NCBI GenBank assembly: GCA_013216005.1
Contig: JABSOJ010000012.1
Span: forward strand, 4,247 to 68,246
DNA from: Alteromonadaceae bacterium
GTDB lineage: Bacteria > Pseudomonadota > Gammaproteobacteria > Enterobacterales > Alteromonadaceae
Direction of reading: 5' to 3'
DNA: 64,000 nucleotides
This document shows positions 32,601 through 38,026 of this stretch, in pieces. Position 1 is the first letter of the stretch. Every line of letters begins with the position of its first letter. Position numbers and translations under genes: made by a program. The notes below the pieces were generated by a model, which worked only from the letters and a program-made list of their open reading frames with translations, searched no databases and was not told where the DNA came from.

Positions 32601-34854
32601 GAGTTGGCGACAACAAGGTTTCTTTGTCGACCCCGGTCAACAAAGCACCATTGAGTAATGCCCCCCAAAATTCATAGGTAGCAGCATCAAAAGAGGCATT
32701 CGAAGCCTGAGCAACCACATCCTGATGAGTTATGGTTAATTCAATATTATCTTCAATTAAGCTGATAACATTCGCATGAGTAACCTGTACCCCTTTCGGA
32801 TTACCCGTTGATCCTGAAGTATAAATAATATAGGCCATCTGTTCACTGGACGCTGAAAACCCGACATCAGACAAGTTGTCCGTTGAACATTCGGATAATA
32901 CTTGCCAATCAACCTCAGTCTGCCCTTCACAATCAAGACAAATTACATGTTGATTGGTAATAGGCAGTTTATCGAGGTAATCACTTTGGCTGATCAATAC
33001 TTTAACGTTGGCATCGTCAAACATGTAGGTCAAACGTTCTTGTGGGTATTCAGGATCTAAGGGTAAATAAGCACCACCAACTTTTAAAATAGCAATCATG
33101 CCAACCAACGTCAGCACAGAACGGTCTAGGCAAATCCCAATCAATTCACCGGATTTAACACCCTGGGCGCGCATATGGTTGGCAACCTGATTCGCCTTGT
33201 TATTCAATTCACCGTAACTAATGTTCTGTTCACCATATTGAGCGGCAGTTTTATCACCGTATTGTGCAGCCTTGACCTCAAAGAGTTCATGGATATAAGC
33301 GTTATCATTATAAACCTGCTCTGTACTGTTCCACTCATAAAGGAACAAACGGCGTTCATTTTTGGATAAAAAGGTCCTGCGGTTATGGGGTTCATCCAAA
33401 TGATGAACCATGTCTTCTATCAAGCGCACATAATAATCAAGGTAAGACACGAACTGACGTTTGGATACTTTATCTAGATTTACTTCACCGAGAAAATCAA
33501 TTTTGTATTTGTCACCCGCATCAAGACAAAAAACGGCAGATAAATCAAAATTTGTTTTTGAAAGATCAACGTTATTAATCTTTTCGACATTTTTCTCTTT
33601 GATCTTGTCTGTCATGGTATGAAAATGCAAAAAACCAAGATGGGTGTGAAACACCGGCTGACTGCCATATTTTTTCTGGATCACGCCAAAAGGAAAACGA
33701 CGAAAAGGAACCAGTTCCATTTCTGCCGCATGGGAAGCTTTAACAAGATCACGCCAGCTACCGTCACTCAAATTCATATTAACGGGCAGAGTATTAAGAA
33801 ACAAACCTCGCATTTGCGTACTGTTTTCAGTTTCTAGCCGACCATTAAAAGCCAAGCCTGTAGTAACATTATTTTGGCCAGTAACCAAGCTGAGAAATTT
33901 AAAATGTACTGCCAAAAACAACCCTTTGAGCGGCACACCTGTACGCTCTACTACTTCATGCAGGCTTTTGACCAGCTCACGGGGCAAGCTGAAAGGTTCT
34001 TTGTGCGTATAAATATCTACTTCCTGCTCAGCGATTTCACGACCAAGAAGTGGTAATTCGGTTTGAACACATTCTGTTAAACGACGGTCCCAAAAATCAT
34101 GGGCCTCTTGCGACTTAAGGATAATAAGCTCTTCATTGATAAAGTCACAATATTTACTTTCGGGTTCAATCAGTGGATACACTTCACCTCTGAGCAAATA
34201 AAAATAGATGTCAAAAATATCAATGATGGTGAGATGAGTACTCCAACCATCGGAGATTGAATGCGGTTCAGTAAAGGACAAACTGATAATATTGTCTTCA
34301 AGCTGATGAATATAAAAACGCATCAACGGAGCTTTCGATATATCAAATAAGTCGTTGTTTTCTATCTGCACATAATCTTTGATGACCTGCTCTTTATCTT
34401 CATCAGACAGGGCACGTAAGTCTTCATATCCCATAGGTAATCGGGCAGATTTATGGACCAATTGCAACGGCATTGAATAATTAACCAAATCAAAGGATGT
34501 TCTTAAATTATCATGCTGACGAACAATTTTATCGATACTCTGCTGGAATATTTTTGATTGAAAATCCCCTTTAACCCGGCAACGAAAAGTGGTTAAGTTA
34601 TGATAATCAGCAGGGCTGTCACCATCATTTCCCAAATCCATGTGATGCAACATACCCATCTGCAATATACTGATGGGATACGCGTCCTCAACGTCTGGAG
34701 GCAATAAGTTCTTATCTTCGGCACTTATCAAAGTATAGGGCTTTACGCTGGGCTGCTTGGTTGACGCCTCGGCTAATTTTTTTTTCTTTAGTAAAGCCAG
34801 AAGTTTCTTTTTATTTTCCGACAGTGCATCGATTTTATTATTCAATTGAGACAT
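17659..34854 (-). CDS. Hybrid NRPS-PKS-NRPS megasynthase (C-A5-T-E-C-A6-T-KS-AT-KR-ACP-C-A7-T-E)
   Basis: A 17.2-kb intact ORF. Motifs, in order:
- C with PHSISDGWS.
- A5, code DAYFLGVTYK (Val/Ile-like).
- T GGDSILS, then E HHLVVDGVSW, then C HHHTLMDGWS.
- A6, code DAWTVAAVCK (Phe-like), then T GGNSLL.
- KS NTACSTSLVAIHQA (Cys codon 26323..26325), ETHGTGT, NIGHLDAAAG.
- AT GHSIGE (Ser codon 24979..24981) plus KAFHS, which is malonyl-type.
- KR GGLGGMGQ ... YGAAN, with no DH or ER.
- ACP GGDSLAA (Ser codon 22438..22440), then C HHISTDGFS.
- A7, code DVWHFSLIDK (Ser), then T GGDSIMS and E HHMVIDGVSW. Confidence 0.97.
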   Translation of the reverse strand: MSQLNNKIDALSENKKKLLALLKKKKLAEASTKQPSVKPYTLISAEDKNLLPPDVEDAYPISILQMGMLHHMDLGNDGDSPADYHNLTTFRCRVKGDFQSKIFQQSIDKIVRQHDNLRTSFDLVNYSMPLQLVHKSARLPMGYEDLRALSDEDKEQVIKDYVQIENNDLFDISKAPLMRFYIHQLEDNIISLSFTEPHSISDGWSTHLTIIDIFDIYFYLLRGEVYPLIEPESKYCDFINEELIILKSQEAHDFWDRRLTECVQTELPLLGREIAEQEVDIYTHKEPFSLPRELVKSLHEVVERTGVPLKGLFLAVHFKFLSLVTGQNNVTTGLAFNGRLETENSTQMRGLFLNTLPVNMNLSDGSWRDLVKASHAAEMELVPFRRFPFGVIQKKYGSQPVFHTHLGFLHFHTMTDKIKEKNVEKINNVDLSKTNFDLSAVFCLDAGDKYKIDFLGEVNLDKVSKRQFVSYLDYYVRLIEDMVHHLDEPHNRRTFLSKNERRLFLYEWNSTEQVYNDNAYIHELFEVKAAQYGDKTAAQYGEQNISYGELNNKANQVANHMRAQGVKSGELIGICLDRSVLTLVGMIAILKVGGAYLPLDPEYPQERLTYMFDDANVKVLISQSDYLDKLPITNQHVICLDCEGQTEVDWQVLSECSTDNLSDVGFSASSEQMAYIIYTSGSTGNPKGVQVTHANVISLIEDNIELTITHQDVVAQASNASFDAATYEFWGALLNGALLTGVDKETLLSPTQLKAQIVNHQISVLFVTTALFNRVAEDQPDAFSTLNKLLFGGEAHSLKAIETVLMGSPPKNLIHVYGPTECTTYATSYRFDRETFETFASAPIGKPLSNHVCYVLDKKLELVPVGSVGELHIGGAGVALGYLNRSDLTAEKFIVNPYEDSNAKILYKSGDTVRLLNDGNIEFVGRVDNQVKVRGFRIELDELSVILQSSDHVKDSAVLVREDEPGDKRLVAYLVLTEEAAVEDDAIELVRDYLQAKLPDYMVPTIFSLLDEMPLTPNGKIDRKALPVPDYDNQFKDKYVAPTNNIETALCEIWQDVLRIKQVGISDNFFASGGDSILSIQVVSKANRQRIEINTRDIFKSQTIQKLALCASAKQNDFSQQASNGQQLLLPIQDSFLHSDDGELNHFHQSAILTVPEGFTLEFLRAVLPQMYRRHDVLRLRYAKIEGQWQSHYQDVSDHQINDSVSQIDIPEHNGKSYEENLEVIGERIKSGFDIENGPLIKAVYLKSSQAEQCRLMFVIHHLVVDGVSWRILFEDLTSAFNLFKAGKAVKLPSKTSAYQAWGRELQEYSQSEALLSEKSYWMSQLSADVQTMSASLAQIQDNSYAQSSDVHTKLNASLTTHLLGKCHEAYRTQINELLLSGLMLALNRWNGQTELRLTMEGHGREEIIEGINLSQTMGWFTCVYPLLLDISANMDTDSTLTLDEQICDVICNIKESVRKIPKNGIGYGILTYLSQDQDIIEAQQDHPGDIVFNYLGQFDQQVGEDALFQGSTESTGQDINQQRKRSHVLDINSMVTGGELNITFNYNRHQFDQSQIEQLGEAVQTALEDIIKHCMAPQTGAYTPADFPLAQLQNSELVDLQNDYPLLEDVYPTSSMQSGLIFHNLLNDQKDAYVNQTFLDLRGELDLSAFRRAWHYASLRHSILRTAFVGMQRELPLQLVVDDIDLDWVELDWREKSEQSAHEEFEAYRYDDKHKGFDFAKPGLMRFAIFRLTDKDFRFLWTHHHTLMDGWSQPILFGEVFSAYQSFTKSQNPVFAALPPYRDYIQWTLEQPVPEAKTFWQDELGKLERPTRLTVPAPVNAPTIGHIQEFKLAISEQLTSDLQKIANNYQITLNTLIQGAWGYLLHRYSGEQHVVFGETLSGRDIGVKGADQMVGLFIKTLPACISFDHDLPLREFLQNLHAQQVKRDKFSYLPLVDIQQCSQISASSPMFNIAMVFENFPIDSAPDLGEHDDSTQIEIVKFDADAQAHFELSLLVAPAKELTFALNYLDSVFDAEMAEQVMTHLTVVLSGFVDSNVKQVSQLPLLTSNEEQKLVIEFNNTQCDLDDQITVPELFEVQVTQTPDNVAVLFEDTQLSYRELNNQANQLAKFLMTQGVTTQSLVVVHFERSVQMIIAVLAIMKAGGAYVPLDPIYPLARKVHIIDDSGAKLILTQNALVDVLPESAGQVICLDDEDFNLEPYSTDNVGREENGAHAHSLAYVIYTSGSTGKPKGVLLEHTSLVNLATRQQELFGVDGSSQVLQFASLGFDAATWELVMTLMQGAALHVITAETVISPTLLTDYVQQHGITHATLPPALLVGLDSQAMSSIHTMVVAGEAISEDLAAKWSQNRRLFNAYGPTENTVCISVSECDGETVNIGRPIGNVQCYVLDEKLRLVPPGSAGELFVGGKGLARSYLNLPKMTQEKFVANPFDAPGNSRLYRTGDIVRWLADGNLDFIGRVDNQVKVRGFRIELGDVEAAINGNAAVNQCAVLLQKHGEYDNRLVAYLDLLDNTAEEDEQKGKIRDYLKTELPAYMMPSHIYILDSLPLNHNGKIDRKALHSLGSAQTTRLQYTAPRFGLEEQLSGLWQDILKVERVSIYDNFFDLGGNSLLAVRIRENIISELGVDISIVDLFNYPTIAQLVEFMSQDSDIGQVLVEEHRLRSSNSDVRYKPIAVIGVSGRMGNTDTVEEFWQQIKAGDESIETLNDELLAELGVPKVMIDNPSYVKSRAPYDGMADFDAGIFGFNAKEAQITDPQHRILLECAYEALEVSGYPVELNLDHVGVFVGKSDNVGWMTKIFNTKSGANAIDGMEASKASSGSFLSTQLSYKLNLSGPSINLNTACSTSLVAIHQACLSLQFNECSMALAGGISVSAEDSPGYLHMEGFITSKDGHCRPFDADSSGTRVGKGAGMVLLKPLSQAVKDGDTIHAVIRGSAINNDGSDSKVGYTAPSVDGQAKVIATAMALGEISPLSIGYIETHGTGTFLGDPIELRALGKAYDSLTDEPLGYGKIALGAVKANIGHLDAAAGVAGFIKTVWALKNKQLPPMINYDSPNPELNIEQSPFYVNQQLTDWPDSEEPRRAAVSSFGIGGTNAHVVLEEAPQMEIHSSHYDDHLLVLSARSEAALKQMAANLLDRLASDSGINLPDVAHTLQCGRKSFEYKHYLVCDSVQSAVKKLKAPFKPHGFDNKERAPAVVFMFPGQGVQYVGMLQNLYHGSAFFRDEVNKCVTLFNCHLDQDLHQVIFSQPTDDEPSLLYRTDYTQPALFCLEYSLAQYWLSLGVKPAAMIGHSIGEYVAACMAGVFEVEDAVKLVSIRGRLMQSLAPGKMLSLGASHDVVEKLAKQFDLSVAASNADTSYVLSGHTENIEQLQSHLIDSEIAFKLLRGEKAFHSSLTQPILARYQQALETVELKVPTIGFMSNVSGEWITPEQAIDSGYWVSQLRCQVKFAEGIKAMADSLTSSSSGQHSSSQNSVLYLEVGPGKVLSGLVSQILPTSLEDVIPSSGSVKESLLDAQLQLSATAKLWQRGVVINWRNIYSQENRRFVGLPTYPFERKRYWIEDSDFNEIVPQQISKGGKVELSDWFYAPTWHRTPLTQLHRSANSFVVEGATCLMLMDSSGLAEETAQQLEAKGIGVIRVLYTNQYYNQDNKIITLDYRKPLDYLRLINELKKSAIDINMVFHFWGVDTEEQPLGSDNIDLRKSLYFYSVVYLLQAVKDLSNDKLSLYIVTAQAQEVIGSEIVCPVKSMVVALSKSACAEYKHINSVVIDVQLEDQVTNFDISKQIISEMGAFVSAKLIALRHRFRYTEVFEKVSMDQNYHTAAAKIKEGGVYVIFGGLGGMGQTAAEQLSVYKNITLVLASRRAFHPQEQWFAIAQGQGRDAALCQRLIQLSEQCQTLQVVTCNIDNGESINSVLTGVKNEFGNIDGLIHSAGVPGANKPIAELNQSDYNTTISSKSVGLLNLEQSLKRLNVELDFVLLMSSLQTVVDSHERRSDYGAANRFMDAYANIMAQNLDTTVQVINWNTWKDSGMAVDVTEALETSEQVGDMVHNSTSDDEGRQIMEFVLSSSFERVAICATNLDILIQLEQFALQTDFFSETADSIDTDLPVEEQFDRILMDMFGLKEIDMRKNIYSIGGDSLAAIRISAQFNEQFGVTLSMAEILGAESIQAIYELLCQRLNSEVPVPESLIKVQGETQGPLSFAQQRLWFIDTMEGNSSAYNQSWAIKLSGTLDQDSLEKALQNISQRHEVLRTVYVMQGDTAMQKVIDNVQFKLEVSDYCHNNAAEQQTAIKQHIEAEGSTPFDLENDLMLRAQLLKLADYEHVLLFTQHHISTDGFSMGRLFLELSQLYNAGLSGQEANLPTLPIQYLDYSIWQREYLSGELFEQQMTELCDALADLPLVHNLPLDHARPLQQSYRGDQLMSKIDVATTDQLVQLCQDTESTMFMVLQATLMVFIARYSGESDIVIGSPIANRAERETVPLIGFFVNTLVLRAQIDGEKEFTDLLGGIKENTFKLYENQHIPFELLVEKLNPQRSLGQHPLVQIMLVLQDKNVGSLELKGLDVATLDKDTYQSKFDISLNISETQDGLEIVWEYATDLFDRNTIASFADSFITLLNSVADNAQQKVADMPLLSDQAKTRLLVDLNDTQVAFVSDACVYRQFENQVKTTPDNIALVCNGDSLTYRELNAKANQLAHYLNERGISEESLVALCMERSIEMVVAIWGTLKACGAYIPMDPELPPARLAIMLQDSKARYALTQQHLQHLFNEIDSVETLCLDDDGITAELDKMVDSNPKRAPQSSLSCAYVIYTSGSTGLPKGVVCTHQGLVNRIDWMQSKYQMNEQDVVLQKTPYSFDVSVWEFVWPFMVGASLVMAKPQGQKDPQYLSGIIKSEGVTVLHFVPSMLNTMLIGCDPDWRDSVKQVFCSGEALHKELQDSFFAHETTTELHNLYGPTEASIDVSYWQCKADCRLNTVPIGKPINNTQLVVLDKTNQLVPFGVIGELHIGGKGLARGYLNKAQLTAELFIANPFDELPTDRLYKTGDLVRLIGDGELEYISRIDDQIKLRGFRIELGEIENQLAEQNKVQTSLVMVRKGTSGQQQLVAYVTLIESALSHAHVIIEMRDQLVTILPEYMVPTAFIVMDEMPLTANGKVNRKALPEPDESNLVKAEYAAPESNMEVKLSEIWQELLNIENVGTTDNFFSLGGDSIMSTQLVARARKEGLIFSVKDLFNHQTIAGLIPVINKNKAIEAPQHPITGDQLLIPVQKRFFEMTLSDPNHYNQTILLNAPTGFEQEHVIPIVEALITRHDVFRLRFDDNTQQYCYIEIADLSMSQKCAHFDLSELPEQEQQHALTTNCDTLQASLHLVDGPVMRAAYFDLGSNGGRLLIVCHHMVIDGVSWRVVFSDLDTAWQQLSVHGKLVLGSKTSSYQQWGEVLQVYAGSQKLLSEQSYWAKQLAIDVPPLNHADIKHSHGGVNKASSELNKQQTTLLLGDANQAYRTRINELLLSGLLLAYKRWADVDVLRLNMEGHGREIIDELIDLSETVGWFTTMYPLILTARGGGDTGELIKQVKDQYRMIPENGIGYGVLRYIAQDPEIIALEADNNAPVVLFNYLGQFDSGSGTQSSVTSASGTAVDGFTKAKESEGRSSAEGNKENESLIINSVVVQGMLHIECSSTVITKDALQILAQTFSQCLNIVIDECIETSEKKALLEKNKEILLNIGEEVEGIEI
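22325..26850 (-). other. Embedded PKS module KS-AT-KR-ACP (approximate bounds)
   Basis: KS starts at KPIAVIGVSGRMGN (~26845). The active-site codons are KS Cys 26323..26325, AT Ser 24979..24981 and ACP Ser 22438..22440. KR carries the YGAAN Tyr at about 22840..22872. Confidence 0.85.
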
Positions 34855-37800
34855 TACGCATCCTCTCCATCATCGGCAGCCAAAAGACTGGCCACTTCTT
34901 CTTCACTCAATCCATCCAATTCAGCCAGTAATTCGGCAGTCATTTCGTCATCTTCTTCCTGCTTAAGTTGAACAATATTGTTAATTTCAACCACCAATGT
35001 TGCAATGGTTGGAGATTTGAATAGATCCTGCATGGTAAATTCTATGCCTAGGGTCTGTGCCTGAGCCACTACCTGCACACCACGAATTGAATCACCGCCC
35101 AATGAAAAAAAGTTGTCATTAATCCCAACTTTATCTACTTTGAGACAATCTTCAAATACCTTGCACAAAGTCGTTTCTATTTCATTGTTTGGTGCAACAT
35201 ATTCTTCTTCCTGACGATAATTATTAGCATTGTCTGCAATCAGTTTTTTGACATCGACTTTACCGTTGGTCGTCAATGGAAATTGGTCAACGTCGATAAA
35301 ACGGTCAGGGATCATATAATCAGGTAAATAATTTCCCAACACAGCACGAACTACTTCAATATCCTTGTCACCATGAGTTACCACGAAAGCCACCAGCGTA
35401 TTTTCATTAAAGTGATTAAGTTCTGTCGTCACTAGAACAGAATCAACACTCTCGTGAGCATTGATGGTACGCTCAATCTCATCAAGCTCAATACGGAAAC
35501 CATTGACCTTTACTTGTCGATCATTTCGACCAATAAATTCAAACTGCAATTGAGCACTATTGTTAAGCCGTACCAAATCACCTGTTTTATAAAGTAAACC
35601 GCCCTGCGTCGGATTAGCGGTATTTGCAACAAACCTTTCTTCGGTCAGATCATCACGACCAAAATAACCTTTCGCCAGACAGTCTCCACCGATAAACAAT
35701 TCACCAATCACTCCGGGAGGAAGTAGACACCCATCAAGATCAAGCACATACATCGCAGTGTTGGCGATAGGTAAACCAATTGAGGCATTACCCCTGTCTT
35801 TTGAAGTAATGAGTGCCACACAACAACCAACAGTCGCTTCGGTTGGACCATATTCGTTGTACACTCGTAAATCAGGCAAGAATTCAAAACACGTTTCTAG
35901 ATCTTTACAATTAAGAGATTCACCACCCAAGACCAACGTATCTATGCGAACCTGCTGGAACTGGTTGGTTTCAAACCAACTGTTCAGCATTTTCAAGTGT
36001 GATGGTGTCAATTTCAACAGGGTCGTTTTTTGATTGTCTACCAACGCCTGACGAAGGTTATCGATATTGTCATCATCAGCCAAACAAGCTTCGCCGCCCA
36101 CCAGTAACGGGAGATACAGCGAGGTGACGGTTAAATCGAAACCAATTGACGTATGAACAATACTATTACAGCCCGATGGAGTATCGTTCGGTAATCTACT
36201 TCGTGAAAAGAGATAGTTTTGACTTGCCCATTGCAGGTAATTTGCCAATCCCAAATGTTTAACCAAAACCCCTTTAGGCTTACCCGTTGAACCCGAGGTA
36301 TAAAGAATGTAAGCAATCGCTGACAAGTCAATTTTCCTGTTCAGGTTTTTATCATCAAATTCAGCCAGTTGTTCCTTAAGTTCCTGCGGGTACACTTGTA
36401 TATAATCCACAGCTTGTTGCGGCAAGTTCTGACTCAATTCGGTGTTGCAAACCACACCGGTAGTACCTGTCAGGATAAACTTCAAACGCTCACCACTCGT
36501 CGCAGGATCGATAGCACAATAAGCAGCACCAGTTTTCATCACTGCCAGTAAACAAACCACCAACTGATAAGAGCGCGGTAAATAAACGGCCATTACTTTA
36601 TCAGGCCCAATCTGCTGTTCAGCCAGATAATTAGCTAACTGGTTAGCATCAGTATTTAACGCTTGATAGCTGTACGTTTGCCCTTCAAATTTTATGGCTG
36701 TTGTATCAGGGCACTGTTGCACCTGTTGCTCAAACATTTGATGAAAGCATTCAGTCCCCCGATATCCTTCGACCTGGTTAACGGTTTCATATAACACAGC
36801 CCTATTTGCCTCAGATAACAAATTAACAACATTAATCGCCTTGTCACTTTTTCCCTGTTCAAGGCTGGTCAGCAACATATCCCCTAAATTCGATACTTCC
36901 GCAGCACTGAACAAGTTAGCATCATAATCAATGACCATAGATTGTGATGAACCGATTTTGGTACATATCAAGGTCAACCCTTCGTGATGAATAGGCACCT
37001 GTTGCTCTGTAACCGTAAAAGTAGCACCTTTTGCCTGTCGTGCCGCGGGATATTTTATAAACTCAAAGCCATAACGGTTATCTACCCGCAAGTCGGCAGG
37101 GGTAAAGGCCTGATATGTTTTTCCATCTTGATTTGCCTGAATAATTTGTTGGGTTAAAGCTGTAACAGGCATATTTTCAGATACCGTTAGCGGAAGTGGT
37201 ACTGTTTGTGAGTAAGCCCCGATACCGGTATCGAATTCATCACTCAAGCGACCGTCAAACAAACTATTGATGATAAACTGATCGTGAGGTTCGCAACGAT
37301 ATAAAACCAATGCCCAATAAGTCAATAACTGTTGTTCGTCATAACACCCCTGAGCCAGAGAAAAAGCATGACGACCACGGGACATATCGACACCTGTTGA
37401 CAATTCCTTGGGCTCCGTTACCTGCCATTTTTCGCCAAAATCTTGCCAGTATTCACTGCCACTGGGTTCTTCTTCGATGACCGCTTCCTGCCACTGAGCA
37501 TAATCAACGTATTGAACATCATCATGTTTACCTGAGCCATTAGCACCTGGTTCTTTAGAAACAGAGTCTGCCTCGTAATGATCGACAAACTGCATGAACA
37601 AATTGCTCAAACTGGTGTGATCAGCAAATATCGATGGAACCGATAAAAACAACTGATAATGATCCTGCTCGAATTTTACCACCAGAGCTGACACACGGGG
37701 CTGCTGTTGAAGTTTGATCAATGCAGATTCAATACTGTCTGTCTGATTGTCCGTCACCTCAATTTCTTGCCAGCCCAATTGCCGATCGCTTATCTGCTGC

Positions 37801-38015
37801 TGTGGATACTTAAGGGTGTCCACTTGTTCTATCACCGAGCACAAGGCTTCATGTCGATCAAGCACTTGCTCTAATGCGGTCTTTAACAAACTACTGTTTA
37901 AAGTGCCACTAACGGTTACCGACAATGTCGACCACAATGGTTGGCCAACAATCTTTTGATGCTTCCATACTTTACGTTGTTGAGAAGACAGTAAAAAACT
38001 CGGATTATCGTTCAT
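34854..38015 (-). CDS. Non-ribosomal peptide synthetase, single module with a non-catalytic C-like N-terminal domain (C*-A4-T), Asp/Asn-type
   Basis: The N-terminal ~415 aa are condensation-fold-like. The HHxxxDG position reads PSIFADH (37617..37637), so both His residues are absent. The A domain has ILYTSGSTGKPKG and FDLTVTS (36121..36149). Its by-eye code DLTKVGEVGK sits between Asp DLTKVGHIGK and Asn DATKVGEVGK. The T domain has FFSLGGDSIRG. The C-terminal helix is acidic (LLAELDGLSEEEVASLL). There is a 1-nt TAATG overlap with the downstream gene. Confidence 0.93.
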   Translation of the reverse strand: MNDNPSFLLSSQQRKVWKHQKIVGQPLWSTLSVTVSGTLNSSLLKTALEQVLDRHEALCSVIEQVDTLKYPQQQISDRQLGWQEIEVTDNQTDSIESALIKLQQQPRVSALVVKFEQDHYQLFLSVPSIFADHTSLSNLFMQFVDHYEADSVSKEPGANGSGKHDDVQYVDYAQWQEAVIEEEPSGSEYWQDFGEKWQVTEPKELSTGVDMSRGRHAFSLAQGCYDEQQLLTYWALVLYRCEPHDQFIINSLFDGRLSDEFDTGIGAYSQTVPLPLTVSENMPVTALTQQIIQANQDGKTYQAFTPADLRVDNRYGFEFIKYPAARQAKGATFTVTEQQVPIHHEGLTLICTKIGSSQSMVIDYDANLFSAAEVSNLGDMLLTSLEQGKSDKAINVVNLLSEANRAVLYETVNQVEGYRGTECFHQMFEQQVQQCPDTTAIKFEGQTYSYQALNTDANQLANYLAEQQIGPDKVMAVYLPRSYQLVVCLLAVMKTGAAYCAIDPATSGERLKFILTGTTGVVCNTELSQNLPQQAVDYIQVYPQELKEQLAEFDDKNLNRKIDLSAIAYILYTSGSTGKPKGVLVKHLGLANYLQWASQNYLFSRSRLPNDTPSGCNSIVHTSIGFDLTVTSLYLPLLVGGEACLADDDNIDNLRQALVDNQKTTLLKLTPSHLKMLNSWFETNQFQQVRIDTLVLGGESLNCKDLETCFEFLPDLRVYNEYGPTEATVGCCVALITSKDRGNASIGLPIANTAMYVLDLDGCLLPPGVIGELFIGGDCLAKGYFGRDDLTEERFVANTANPTQGGLLYKTGDLVRLNNSAQLQFEFIGRNDRQVKVNGFRIELDEIERTINAHESVDSVLVTTELNHFNENTLVAFVVTHGDKDIEVVRAVLGNYLPDYMIPDRFIDVDQFPLTTNGKVDVKKLIADNANNYRQEEEYVAPNNEIETTLCKVFEDCLKVDKVGINDNFFSLGGDSIRGVQVVAQAQTLGIEFTMQDLFKSPTIATLVVEINNIVQLKQEEDDEMTAELLAELDGLSEEEVASLLAADDGEDA

Positions 38016-38026
38016 TGTTATTCCCG

